From contig QPMI01000230.1 in NCBI GenBank assembly GCA_004431415.1, positions 1 through 64,000 on the forward strand: a stretch of DNA of 64,000 nt. The letters run 5' to 3'. The notes beneath the pieces were generated by a model. That model was not told the DNA's origin. It did not search any database and saw nothing but the letters and a program-made list of their open reading frames with translations. The stretch's first letter is position 1. Each line of letters opens with the position of its first letter. The stretch is from Cyanophora paradoxa CCMP329 (lineage: Eukaryota; Plantae; Glaucophyta). Shown in pieces: positions 39,901 to 52,600 of the stretch. A program made the position numbers and the translations under genes.

Positions 39901-42900
39901 GCGCCGGCGTCGGGGCGGGGCTGGGGCGCGGGCGAGGGGCGGGCGTGCGCGCACGGCGGCGACCTCCTCCGCGGCGCGCTTCTTCTCCGCCGCCGCCGCC
40001 GCCCTCGCCTGCGCGCCCCGCGAGGTCGGCCCCGCCACCCTCGAGCTGATCCGAGAGGGATTCCGCGGGCGCGCCTGGGTGAGCTCCTCGGAGGCCTTCT
40101 TGGCCGCCGCCGCCGCCGCCGCCTTCGCCGCCTGCAGCTCCCCCGCCGTCTTTTTCTGCCCCGCCGCCCCGCTCGCCTGCCCGCGCCCCTCTCAGAACCG
40201 GAGCGCTCGAAGGGCGGGGCGGGCGGGTGGGCGGACGCGGGCGGCGGCGGCGGCGCGCTCGGCGGCCTCGGCGCGGGTCTTCGCTGCCGCCGCTTCCTGC
40301 CGCGCTTCCTCTAGCTCCCGCTGAAACGATCAAATTCAAGTTCGAAAAGAGGGCTAGACCGGCGGCAGCAGAGATGCAATGCGGGGACCTTGGCGGTGTT
40401 GCCCTCCCTCCTCGCCTCCTCGAGCTCGCGCTGCAGGCGCCCCGCAGCCTCCCCGCCCCGCGCCGCCTCCCCCGCCCTGCCTCGCGCCGGGAGATCAGAA
40501 GGGAGGGAGGCGGGCCGGGGCCGGGGGCGGCGGGGCGGGCGGGCCTGGCCTCGGCGGCAACGCGGGCCTCCCTTAGGCGCTCCCGCAGCGCCTCCGCCTC
40601 CTCCCGCAGCGCCCCCGCCTCCTGCCCCGCGAGGAAAGTAAGGTAAGGGTGGGAAGGAGGGCGCCGGGCCGGGGCCGGGGCCGGGGCGGCACGGCGGCGT
40701 GCTGGGTGGCGAGGGCGGCCGCCAGCGCCTCCTCCCGCTCCCGCGCCCGCTGGGCCTGCCGGGGCCGTGGGCGGGGCAGCGGGGAGGGCCGGGGGCGGCG
40801 CGCACGCCGCGCTCGCGCTCGCGCTCGGCCTCGAGCTCAGCGGCGCGCCGCTGCCGCGCCTGCTCCTCCGCGCGCTCCACCTGCCCCGCGCCCCCTCTCT
40901 CGGCCCCGCCGCGCTTCTGGGGGATGGGGTGCGGGGCGTACGGCGGCGGCGAGCTGGGAGCGGAGGAGGGAGCATTCCGAGGCCCCCTCCCGCGCCGCCT
41001 CCGACGCCTGCGCAGATCGCATCGGACCGGACCGGATCGGACGGGATCGGGGCGAGGCGGGAGGGGTACGGGCCTCAGCGACGCGGCGCTCGAGGGCGGC
41101 GCGCTGCTCGCCCCACCGCCGCTCCGCCTCCCTCAGCGCCTGCCGCCCGCCCCGCTCCCGCGATCAGGCCGCCTCCTCCCCGGGAGGGGGGCGGGGGCAC
41201 CTGGAGCTCCCCCGCGAGGCGCGCCGCCTCGCGCTCGCGGTCCGCAAGCTGCGCGGACCGTTCGATGGGGCGCAGAGGGCCGGGCGCGCGCAGAAGGCGG
41301 CAAGGCGCCGCACCTCGCGCCGCAGGGCCTCGGCGCGCTCCCTTGTCGCCGCCTCCGCCTCGCCGGCCCCTCCCGCGCCGCCGCCGCCTCCCGCCGCGCC
41401 TGCGGGTCCGGCACGTCGGCGGGGGCGAGGGGCGGGGCGGGGCGGGGCGGGCCTGGGCGGCGAGCTCCTCGGCCTCCCGCAGCAGGCCCTCCAACTCCCC
41501 CATCCTGCCCCGCCCCCGCGCTCGCCCGGGCCCCGGCCACCAGCGCGGGGCGGGGCGGGCGCGGGTGCCGGGCGAGGACTAGGAGAGACAGGACGCGCGA
41601 GCGCCCTGGGGCCTCGCCCTCCGGCGCCGCCCAAGCGCGGGCGCACCGGGCGTCGGCGGAGGCGAGCTGCCGCGTGGCCGCCTCCAGCTCGCGCCCCGCC
41701 CCCTCGCCCCTGCAGGCCCCGCCCTCTCGGGCCCGAGCAGGAGAGCGGCGGGGTGGAGGGCGGGCGCACTTTGCCTGTGCGGCCTCGAGGGCGGCGCGAA
41801 GCCAGCGTGCGTCCGCCTCGAGCGTCGCCCGCGCCTCCAGCGCCCCTCCAGCGCCGCCGCCGCCTCCCGCCGCCCTCCTCCGCCCCCGCCCCTCCGCCAC
41901 CGCCTGCGCCCCCACGCAGCCGGCGGCGCCCGCTGTCAGCACTGGCCTCGCGGCAAGCCCAGCACTGGAGATCTAGACCGCCCCGCGTGCGCGCACGTGC
42001 ATGAGGCTCTCCTGGAGGGCGGCGCGCGCCCGCTCCCCGGCCTCCCGCTCCCGCCGCCCCGCCTCCACCTCCGCCTCCAGCCGCTGACCCCCGCCTCAGC
42101 CGAGGGAGGGATGGGAGGGCGGCGGGGCGGGGCGGGCCTGCAGGCGGGAGGCGAGCTCGCCGGCGTCGCGCCCGGAGGCCTCCGCGCGCCCCCGCAGCGC
42201 CGCCAGCTCCTCCCGCAGGCCCTCTGCCCGCTCTGCGCGCGCGCCCTCACACATCCAGAGGCCCGGTGCCCAGGAGGGGTACACCGCACCGCGGAGCTGG
42301 GCCTCGATGCAGCTCGCGTCCCGCGCCTGCCGCGCCATCTCCTCGAACACGCTCTGCCCGCGAGGCCAAGTGAGGGGGGCGCAGCGGGCGCGGGGGGGCG
42401 GGCTGGGGGCGGGCACCTCGGCGGCCCAGAGGCGCACTGTCTTGTCCCCCGCGCAGCTCCACACCTGCCAGCCTGCCAGAGGCGTCGGGATCGGGGGTAG
42501 GGGAACGCGGGAAAATTGCGGGGGGTACAGGGGGCAGCACCGAGGCGGGCGATCTGCTTGACGTAGGCCGTGTGCGCCCCGATGATCCGCAGGCACGCCC
42601 CGCTCTGCGCAGATGCGCGCGGGAGGCTGAGGGAGGGGAATCCGGCGGGCGGGGTACAGCCACCTCCGTGTCCCAGACGCGGATCGTCTTGTCGCTGGGG
42701 AGAGGGCCCGTGTGGGAGGGTGCGCGGGGAGAGAGGGGAGGGGCCGCGCGGCACCTGCTGCCGGTCCAGACCTCGACGCCGACCGTGCAGATCGCGTTCA
42801 CCCACCTGCCCCCCGCCCCTCAGGCGCCCCTCCCGCTGCGAGGGCCGCGCCGCCGTCGCGTACCCCGTGTGGCCCTTCATGATCCGCAGGAAGGCCCCGG

Positions 42901-44262
42901 ACTTCCGCGGCGTCGGCGGAGACAAAGTGACAGAGCGGGGGCGGAGTTGAGAGGGGTACCGTGCGGTCCCAGCAGCGGATCGTCATGTCCTCGGATCCCG
43001 ACCACACCTCGCCATTTACCTGGAGAGGTTGAGAGGGGCACATTGAGAGGGGCGGGAGGCTGGTGCGGCACGCGAGGAGGCGCGCACGCACCACGCAGAG
43101 GCATGAGACGCCTGCGGTGTGGCCTCGCAGCTCCAGGACAGGCTGGTCCTCCTGTACCCCCGTAAGGAGAGGGCCGACAAGGTTGAAGGCGCGGCCGGCG
43201 CACCGACGGGGACCAACCTTTGATCGTCGCGTCGTCACTTCCGCTGCGGCGAAGAAGGGGTATGCGATGAGGGAGGTCGCGATCGAGAAGGGGTACACGC
43301 ACCTCCACACGATGAGGGGGCTCGGGTGAACCACCTCAAGGCACCGCACCGCCTGCTTGTGGTCTGCCGGGGGTACATGGTAAGAGGATGAGTGCCGAGG
43401 TCGTGGGGGGTACGGGGCACTCGCCCCCGTATGCCTTGACGGGCTCGCCGGCCGCCGTCCAGATGCGGACCTGCCAATCTGCGTACCCCCGCTTGAAGGA
43501 GGAATTCGAAGGTCCGGGAGCGGCGGCCTGGCCGGGGTCCCACCTATGCCGGCCGTCCAGACGTGTCGGACGGGCCGCGCGGCGCCGGGGCGAGCGAGTG
43601 CGGGGCCGGTCGCCCATCGCTCTCCGGACTCGGGGCCGGCCCCGTCGGGTACGGGAAGGATACTGCGGGGCGGTGAGGGAAGGCTCGTAGGGGGCCGTGG
43701 CGGGGAGGCGGGGGCGGGGCGGGCCTGCAGAGGCCGCCGGGGTGGGCCTGCCACTTGCGGAGCAGGCGGCCGCCATCGATGTCGAAGACGAGGAGGTCCC
43801 CGTCCGCGCAGCCAACCCACAGCTCCCCGTTCACCTGCCCGCAACCCGTGAGCCGCCGCAGCCTCGAAGCGAGACGCTTGAGGGGCGCGCCGCCGCGAGG
43901 CAAGAGACGCCCTCCGCGCGCTTGTTGAACCGCCCGCGGCCGCTCTCGGGGCCCTCCTGCGCACGCGAGCCGGCAGCCCCAGGCTCAGCCTCGGGAGACC
44001 CAAAACGCATGCGCGCCACGGCAACGCGTGCCTTGGAGCTAAAGATGAGAATCTCTCCATCCCTGCTCGCCGCGTACACTTCCGCACGAGCCGGGTTCGT
44101 GGCGACGCAGCGAGCGTCGACGGAGATGGTCTTGATGCAATGTTCGGTTGCCGCCGGCGCTCCGCCGCGAGGCGCCACCGGCGCCGTAGAGGGCCGCAGG
44201 GAGCGCAAGGTGGAGAGCCGAAACGAGCCCCCACTGGGCTGTAGAGCTGGCTGGTGCGCCAT
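36972..44262 (-). CDS. WD40 beta-propeller plus very long coiled-coil protein
   Basis: WD repeats LRGHTAGVSCLCV|VNGEVWSGSEDMTIRCWD, KGHTG|WVNAI..VWTGS|SDKTIRVWD and AHTAYVKQI..VWSCAGDKTVRLW (42400-44100), then ~5 kb of E/A/R-rich heptad exons ending RIDFLEAEVERLKRRGPQDRRIGSFM*. Confidence 0.8.
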
Positions 44263-44551
44263 AGCTAAGGAATTCGAAGTGCCCCGTGGCTGCTGAGCGT
44301 CGGGCGCGAGCGGTGCGCTCCACTACCGCTTACGGTCGCTACCTGACTCGATGCGCGCCGATTCCCGCCATCTAGCTAGCATTCGTCGCCGAGTTCGTCG
44401 CAGATGCGGTCGAGGCCAGACGTACGCGCCGCCCCGGACCGCCGGAGAACCCAAGAATGAATGCAAGTGATGATTATAAGCCTCGACCTCGGCCAGGTCT
44501 TGCCGCTCCTTTGACGCTCCTTGCCGAAGTTTGCAGTACCCCGTTCCAGCG

Positions 44552-45853
44552 ATGGCCGCGTTCTGCAGCTCTCCCGTCGCTCTCCCCGCCTCCCGGGCGA
44601 TCGTCCAGGCGTCCGCGCAGCGCTGCGAGCTCACGCGGACCCGGAGCGTGGCGTACGTCGAAATATCTCTCTCGAACCTTCGGCGGGCTTCCGAGCGCGA
44701 CTGACCGGGACCCGCGCGCAGCGCATGCTCGAGCTCGAGCGCATCTTCGTTCATCGGCGCGCCGGTCGCTCGTACGTTCCACGCCAAGGCGCCTCGGCAA
44801 GCTGGCCGGTCCGGCGTCTGCGTCGCTTCGCTTGGAGGCGCTGCGCCGGCCGAGCAGCCGGAGGAGGAGTTTTTCGCGACCAACAATGAGGAGCAGGTGA
44901 GCGAAAGAGCCCCACCGCCGCACCTCGGCCCCCGCTCGGTCCCCGCGTGCGCTGACCACGCGCGCGCCCTCATGTGATTAGGCGGCCCAGGCCGAGCCCG
45001 AGGCCCAGGAGGCGGGCGAGCCTGTGGTTCCGGAGCAGGTGCTAGCGGAGGTGCTGGGCGGGCTCGCGGCGTCGGCGGAGGGCGAGGCGAAGGAGGTTGT
45101 CGACATCGCGAGGGGCGCTGCGGAGGACGTTGTCCGCGCGTTGAACGCGGCGAGGAGCCAGGCTGTGGCTGCAGAGGAGCAGGCGAAGACGCTGGACACC
45201 CAGTACCTGCGCCTGGCGGCGGACTTCGAGAACTTCCGCGCGCGCTCCTCGCGCGAGAAACTGGAGGCGGAGGAGAAGACGATCGGCAAGGTCGTCAAGA
45301 GCCTCATCCCCGTCATGGACTCGTTCGACCGCGCCAAGTCGGCCATCACCACCGAGGTCGAGAGCGAGCTCGCCATCCACAACTCGTACCAGGTCGGCGC
45401 CGTCGCCGGCGGCCACAGCGCCGCCGCCCCAAGCCGCGGCGCCGCCGCCGGCTGACGCGCCTCCGCAGGGCGTCTACAAGCAGCTCCTGGACGCGCTCTC
45501 GAAGATCGGCGTGACGCAGATGGAGACCGAGGGCCAGGTCCGGACCCGCGCCCCGCCCCGCGCCGCTTCCTTTTCCTTTCCTTTCCCGACGCGGCTGCGC
45601 GCGCCTCAGATGTTCGATCCGAACCTCCACGACGCTATGTTCCGGGAGGAGACGAACGACGTGCCCGAGGTGAGCCTTCGCCCCCGCCCCGCCGGCCCCC
45701 GCGCCCCCCTCGCGGTCTCGAACCCTGCGTGCGCAGGGCACCATCATGAAGGAGCTGGCACGGGGGTACATCATGGGCGAGTTCGTGATCAGGCCCGCTA
45801 TGGTCGCGGTCGCGACGGCAGCCGCGGAGGCGGAGGCGGCGGCCGACTCGTAG
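44552..45853 (+). CDS. grpE: Plastid-targeted GrpE nucleotide-exchange factor (cyanobacterial type)
   Basis: QYLRLAADFENFRAR, LIPVMDSFDRA, IHNSYQ|GVYKQL, FDPNLHDAM and RGYIMGEFVIRPAMVAV. N-terminal Ser/Ala/Arg-rich extension MAAFCSSPV...SSFIGAPVARTF. Confidence 0.95.
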
Positions 45854-46167
45854 GATTCCGAGGGGCCCCGACAGTCAGATCAGTTCAGGTCAGCGGCCGG
45901 CCCGGCTTTTCAGTTACATTGTATGAATTGTGTGAAGTTAATATGCAAAGGCTTTCAGCTATTTCCAAAATCAAGGACCCGGATAGGGGAGAGGGTGGGG
46001 GCGGGGGCGGGCATCGCTGGCGGGCAGGGCGGCGGAGTGCTGACAAGGCGGTCGGGGCAGGGGTGAAGGGGAAGGGGGAGGAGCGCGGAGCGGGAGGGAC
46101 GGGGTTGCGCGAGGCAAGGCGCCAGCGCGTGCACGGAGGGAGGGAGAGTGCGGCGCCAGCGCCCGCG

Positions 46168-47210
46168 CTAGGTGTCCCGCGCCCACTGCGTGAGCGACCT
46201 GCGAGGCTGTCAGCCGCCGGGGGGCCGAGCCACGGGCGCAAGCGGCCGGCGGGACGCGCCTCCAGCAGACTAGGCCCCAGCTGATCGTTCCAGCGATCAC
46301 CTGCACCCGTCCTCCGTGAGGCTGGAAGGGGTACGGCGCATCTGGGCGGGGTACAACGCACCAGCAGCACGACGAGCACGAGGAGTACGACGTACACGTT
46401 TCGCCGCAGGCAAGAGCCACCGCCGCCCTGCGGGGGACGCTCTACGTGGGCGGCGGAAAGGGGTAGATTATGGGAGGGGAGCGTGGGGAACACGCGGGCC
46501 GACCTTGCTGCAGCCCTCATCCTGCTCTCGAAGCCCCTCCGAGCCTGGTGCGGCCGATTGTCAGCTAGGGGGCAGGCCAGGCTCTCGGGGCAGCGTGTAG
46601 GATGCGGCGAACCCAGCAAGAATATGAACGACAGGATCATCTGAGCGCGCGCCGCGCCGCGCGTCAGTCGCGTGCGCCGGCCGCGCGCCCTCGCGGGGCG
46701 GGGAGGGCGCGCACGAATCCGAGGACGGAGGCGCCGACAGCCGCCATCATCTTGCCCCTGCGCAGCACCGTCGCCCGCACGTTGTAGTGGAAGCGCTCGT
46801 CCGCCGGCAGGCCCGCGCTCCAGTGCGGGAGCCTGCGCCGTGCGCCGCGCGTCAGTTCTCGCGGGCCCTCGGGCCTGGCGGCGCCGCACGCTCGAGCGCA
46901 CGGGTCCCTGCAGAACTCGCAGTGCGCCTCTCTCGCGCGCCCGAGATTCGTCCGCTGCCACCGCGCGAGGCACTCCTACACTCCTGTGAGCACGCGACTC
47001 CAGCAGCCGGCGAGGCGCGCACCGGATGCGAGAAGCGCGGGCAGCGGCACGGCTGCGCCAGATTACCGCTGTGGTCGAGGCTGCGGCTCCGAGTCAGGCA
47101 TAGTACGTGGAAACCGCCTTGCTTTCGCACCAGATCCAACAGACGCGCTCGTGGCCGTGCTCCAGGTCGTGAGGCGAAGCGCGGCCTTGTAGTAGCGGAG
47201 ACCGTTCCAT
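46168..47210 (-). CDS. RING-CH (RINGv/MARCH-like) E3 ligase with C-terminal TM segments
   Basis: Spliced RVCWIC|LDHSGNLAQPCRCPRFSHP|ECLARWQ...HCEFCRDP|LPHW gives a C4HC3 finger. Hydrophobic stretches AVGASVLGF|MILSFIFLL and VYVVLLVLVVLL|VIAGTISWGLV follow. The 3' exons are approximate. Confidence 0.8.
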
Positions 47211-47439
47211 GGCCGCGAGCCGTCTGTGCGCGCGGTTGGGCGCTGCTTCCGCTCGATGACGTGGCTGTTTAAAGCGGGCTGCCGGCGCGCTGCAGCTGGC
47301 AGGGACGACAGGAGGCTCGAGCGACGTGAGAGTTTCGCAGCTGCGGGGCAACTCTAGCTGCAGAGTGTCGTCAAAAAGTCGGCGAAGCCTCGGAAGTCCG
47401 AGTCAGTTGTCGTCTCGGAAGTCTGCGTTTCCGGGGCTC

Positions 47440-47540
47440 GGGTGTACCCCCGTCCGGGGGGGTACCGCCGACCCATGAAATCCGCCGGGTTCCACCTACG
47501 AGTTGACAAAGAAGTCGGATCGTCTGGTCGGGGTACACCC
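47440..47540. repeat. ~100-bp segment bounded by an 11-bp perfect inverted repeat (MITE-like candidate)
   Basis: GGGTGTACCCC at 47440-47450 and GGGGTACACCC at 47530-47540, extending imperfectly inward. No target-site duplication seen. Confidence 0.3.
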
Positions 47541-47915
47541 TTCATTCAGCGTCGCGCACTTCCAGCTCCCCCGCAGCAAAGTGCACCTTAATTGCGATGT
47601 GCAAGATCAAGCAATACGAACAGTTTCGTAGGTTCACTGCGGCAAGCTTGTTTGCGGCAGTGGCTTGCAGCCAGCAAGCAAGCAAGCAAGCAAGCGCCTG
47701 CAGCAAGTCGTTCGCAAGGTTAATCGTTAAACGCTTAGGTAAATCTGCGGCTGTTACCACCGAGATAAACCGCCGCCGTTCACCGGCGAGCATAGGTAAT
47801 GCTCGCATACGGACTCCGAGGTTCAGGTAAAGTCTGAGGAGTGAAGCTGAGGAGCTGCTCTGACGAGTGGATCTGAGGAAGCCGAGGGGCTAGCTATAGC
47901 CGAGGATTGACGGAG

Positions 47916-48973
47916 ATGGCGAGCACGTTTGAGATAGCGGTGCGGGCACGGGGGGCGCTCTCGCAGCCCGTTGATGCGCAGCTCTGACGGCGCGGCTTCG
48001 GCAGGGCGAGTCGCTGACGTTCGTCGTGCGGAACTACCCTGAGCTGAAGGAGGAGGAAGCCGGCGACGGGCGGCCGTGCGTCACCTTCGAGCCTGAGGAA
48101 GATGCCCTTGGGCAGTGGTGCGTGCAGGAGGTGACCCGCGAGAGACGGGCGCTCGGGCTCACGCTTCTGCAGGAAACTGCTCGTGTGTATCACTGGGGAC
48201 GGAGAAGACGGGAGTCCGGAGCACCTCGGCGCTTACCTGCAGTGGGGCGAGGGCGCCGAGTTCAAGACCGGCTTCACCATCGCGCTCCTCAACCAGGATC
48301 CCGCCAAGAACGTGGTGCGGGTGGTGCCGGCGGACGGCGTCGGGTGGGTGGCGCTGGAGGCGGTGCCGACTCAGCAGCCCCACCGGTACGGCTTCTGGGA
48401 CTTCGCGCTCGTGTCCGCCGTGGCGGACCCGGCAGCTGGCTTCCTCTTCGGCGGCGACCTCCGCTTCCTCGTCGTCATCGAGCCCGGGCGGCCGCGCGAC
48501 GAGGACGAGCAGCAGCTCTGGCAGCCGGCCGAGGCGGCCGAGGCGGAGCTGGCGGCGGCGAACTGGCGGCGGCTGGCGGAGGATGCCGCCGCGGTGGCGG
48601 CGTACCAGCAGCGGCGGGCCGAGGCGGCGGAGTGGGCGCTGGTGCGGGCGGAGCGGGCGCGCGCGGAGAGCGCGGCGGCGGCGGAACGGGCGCAGGCGGA
48701 TGCGGCGGCCCTGCGGCACGCGCTAGACGAGACCGAGGTGCCGGCACCCGCGGCCCCCTTTCCCCGCGTGGCCGGCCGTCCTCCTGGCCGCTGACCCCTC
48801 CGCCCGCAGCAGCCTGGCAACGGGGACAAGCGGCCGCGCCTGTGAGGCTGCTCAGCTCAGTTACAGGTTCTCGGCCGCCGCCGCCTCCCTTCCGACCCTC
48901 GTCGCCCGGAGGCGCGCGGCGCGGCGCCGGCTGCGCCACCTCCGCCCGCTGCGCAGTCGTAGGCCAGCGCTAA
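47916..48973 (+). CDS. MATH/TRAF-domain protein with coiled-coil tail
   Basis: GQW|KLLV..DG...HLGAYL...FTIALLNQD...YGFWDF..VADPAAGFLFGGDLRFLVVI fits the MATH pattern. Stop is at 48794 or, if spliced, 48973. Confidence 0.75.
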
Positions 48974-49618
48974 TTGGCTCTGCAATTTCGCGTGCATTGC
49001 AGCTGCAGTTAGGCGGGTTTTGCTATCGCGGCTGCCTTGTGTGACCCGGGCCGGGGCGTCCGGTGGGGGGCCGCTTGCGGCGCTGGCGCCGGCGCCGCGC
49101 CGGGGGTGCAGCTACCGAAGTACCGCACAGACATGTGTACCGCAGGCGCTCCCCGAGTCCGCTCGAGCTCGAGCGCAGCTAACCGAGTCCGGATCCGGCC
49201 GGCAAGCAGGCGCAGCGGGCCGCGGCGCCGGCCGGGCGATCAATCGACTCGACGAATTCGAACACGGGTGACCGGCAAGTACGCAGCTGTACCCCTCTAC
49301 CGGCACAAACAGAGGAACAGAGAGGCGTGCCAGGGCAACCAAGCCGCCTCCCAGCGCAGGCAGCAGAAAGAGCGCCCGAAAGCAAGCGCGAGCTCGAGCT
49401 ACTCGCCGAGTGATCCGACCAGTAGCCCCGGGCCCCGCTCCAAAGGGCGCGCGCGGCGGTCCGCCTGCGGACAACGATCATCGCGTGCAGCAACGTGTAC
49501 GGCGATCCGATCATCTTGTGATCTTGCGTACGCGGAGCGATCGCGCATGCGGCCGGCGCCGGCCGAGCTGGAGCCTGCGGCCGGCGCCGCGGCCGAGACC
49601 CCGCGGGCGCTCGGCGCC

Positions 49619-52600
49619 ATGACAGCGACCGAGGCGCTGGGGGTTGCGGACACGCGACATCTGAGCCCTGCTGAAGCACACGCAGTCGTACCGGGCACAG
49701 GCTGCATGCTCAATGCATGTGGGTGCGGGTCGTGTGCCAAAGGCGGGTGCGAGGCTTCTCTAACGGATGGGCCATCGCTGCTCGACGGCGACCGGCAAGT
49801 CGATGGATCGGATTGCGGTTGCAAGGGCACCCCCCCGTCTCCAAAAGGCGTGCGCCGGTGGATCGCTCGCTAGCGCTCTTTCTCTCCTCTGACTGAGGCC
49901 CACGACAGGCCCCGCCACGCGCCCCCTCTTCCCGGGGTGCTCGATCGAGCGGCCGCTCTGGGCCTGGCTCCGCCCCCGCCTGAACCTCGCTGAGGTCCGG
50001 CCCGGCCCCCCCGCCCCGCCCCGCTGCCGCCCCCCTCGCGCGCCGATCCGCCCCCGCGCGCATGCGCAGATCAGCGGGAGCCTGGGCGACCTGGGGACGT
50101 TCATCCCCCTCGTGCTCGCCATGTCGAAGCAGAACGGGCTCGACTTCGGCGCCAGCCTCCTCCTCGCCGTGCGCGTCGTGTACCCCCGCCCTGCGTCCGC
50201 CCCTCGCCCTCACCCTCGCTCTCCCAGGGCATCTACAACGTGATCACGGGCTGCCACTTCGCGATCCCGGTACCCCTCCCGCTCCCTCTTGTACCCCGGC
50301 GCCGTTCGACCTGTTTCCAGATGGCGGTCCAGCCGATGAAGGCCATCGCCGCCGTCGCCCTGAAGGAGAAGCTCTCGGTCGAGCAGGCGCGCCACTCGTA
50401 TCCCCCCTGCGCGCGCCGCCCGCGCACCCCGAGATTGACGAGCGGGGGTGACCCTTCGCAGATCATGGCGGCCGGGATCCTGGTCTCGGGTACCGTGTTC
50501 TTCCTCGGCATCACGCGTCTCGTGAACGTGCGCGAACCCGTACCCCCTTCCGATGATTCGTCGCGGGTTCCCCGAATGACGTACCCCCAGGTCATTAATC
50601 GCGTCATTCCCACCGCCGTTATCAAGGGCATGCAGCTCGGTGCGCCCTGCGGGTGTAATTTGCGCCCCTACCCCAGCCCTGAAACCTCGTACCCCCGCAG
50701 GCCTGGGCCTGAACTTCCTGACCCAGGGCTTCGGGTACGCAACCCAGTCCGGGTGGTGGTGGTGCGCCCCTCGTTCCGCACTCGCGTACCACCCTCAGCT
50801 CCAGACGGTACCCGGCAGGGGGGGGCTGGCGGGGGACTGCGTGGCCCTGGGGATCGTCTGCGGCCTCTTCGTGCTCGCCGTGCAGGTGACGCGGCACCCC
50901 CTCTGGACCTACCCCCCCCCCCCCCCCCCCCCTCACGCGGCGGGGGGCAGCCCTTCCGGCGGGTGCCGGCGGCGCTCGTCCTCTTCGTCGTCGGGCTCGT
51001 CTGCGCCGTCGCCGGGCGCGCCACGGACCCGACCCCCAACCTGTCCCCCATCGCCTTCGGTCCGCCCCCGCAGCTCACGCGCCCCGCCACCGTACCCCCC
51101 GCGCCCCGCTCACCCCGGAGCAGGCCCCTCGCAGGTCCGAACCATCGTCCCCAGCGCCGAGGACTTCAAGATCGCCTTCGTCAAGGCGGCCATACCCCAG
51201 GCACAAACTCCCGTACCCCCTCTCCGCCCGTTCCTCACCCCACCCCTCCGCAGATCCCCCTGACGACCCTCAACTCGGTCGTGTCGGTGCGCCCGCGGCC
51301 GCCCTGCCGGCGCGTGCCCCCGGGGCGGCGGCTCAGGCGCCCCGCGCATGCGCAGGTCTCCGCGCTCGCCGTGGAGCTCTTCCCCTCCATCGACACCCGC
51401 CCCGCCGTCGTCGCCGTCGCCGTCGGACTCATGTCCGCCGTCCCGAGACGCTCGAGCTTCTGCCGCCGGTCTCTGATCATGAGCGCTTTCGCAGGAATCT
51501 CTTCGGCGGATGGTGGCCCCTGCACCCCCGCTCCGCCCCTCCCCGCGCTCTCTGACCGCTGTACCCCCCAGGTTCGGATCGACGCCGTACTGCCACGGTG
51601 CGGGCGGCCTCGCCGGCCAGGTCCGATCCCGTACCCTCCCGAAACTGTGTTCCCTGCTAAGAATCGCGTACCCCGTAGTACAAGTTCGGCGCCCGCTCGA
51701 ACGTATCGATTCTCTTCCTCGGCTGCTGCAAGGCGCGCCTACCCCCTTGAGATCGCCCCCGACCGCCCCGCCCCCTGGGCCGCATGTGAGCTCGTACCCC
51801 CACAGATCGTCCTCTACTTGGTCTTCGGGTCCTCCATCGGGTCCCTCCTGAAGCGCGCTCACCCCCGGCCCCCTCCGCCCCTGTGCGTGCTCGGGTTCGA
51901 ATCCGAAGCTCGTGCAGGTACTTTCCGCTCGCGATCCTCGGCGTCCTCCTCGGAGTCTCCGGCCTCGAGCTCGCCTCCTCGGTGCCCCGGCTCGGTCCCA
52001 TCCCTGGATGCAACCTGATACCCCTGACCGCTCTATTTTTAGGTGCGGGACCAAAACACGCCCCGCGCGATGTCCCTGGCCCTCATCACGGCGGTGAGCC
52101 CTGTACCCCCTCCCCTGCTCAGATCTCATCTGAGTTCCTGAGAAACGTCTTCGTTTTTCAGGCCGGCGTTATCCTGTGCGCGGCGCGCTTCCCCTTCCCC
52201 TCGAGCTCGCCGCGCTGACGCCGACGGACGGCGTGCGGCGGGGGTACAGGTACCAGACGTCGGCCGGGCTGGCGATCGGCGTCGCGTGCGCGACGGTCGT
52301 CGAAGTCTCCTCCCGGTGCGCCCCTTCCCCGGCCCCAGCCTCGGCCCTGCTTCCGACCGCCCGCGGCTCTCCTGTGCCCCCCAGGTTCTCGGCCTCGCCG
52401 CTGCCGGCTCTCGACACCGCCGCCACCCTCGTCTTTGGCCCCACGTGCGTCCACTCTCGGGGTGAGGCCTCTTTTCTTCGCGTCTCGTCTCACCGCCTCC
52501 CTCGGCTCCGACAGGGGCGTGCTGGCGCTCATGTGGCCGCCCGCGGGGGCCTGGCGCTCCCCGCCCCCCGCCGTCCACCCGAACGCATCGAGGGCGAAGG

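Noticed and set aside
47830-47890. Hammerhead ribozyme suggested by CTGANGA copies
   Set aside because: No correctly placed GAAA core or flanking stems were found.
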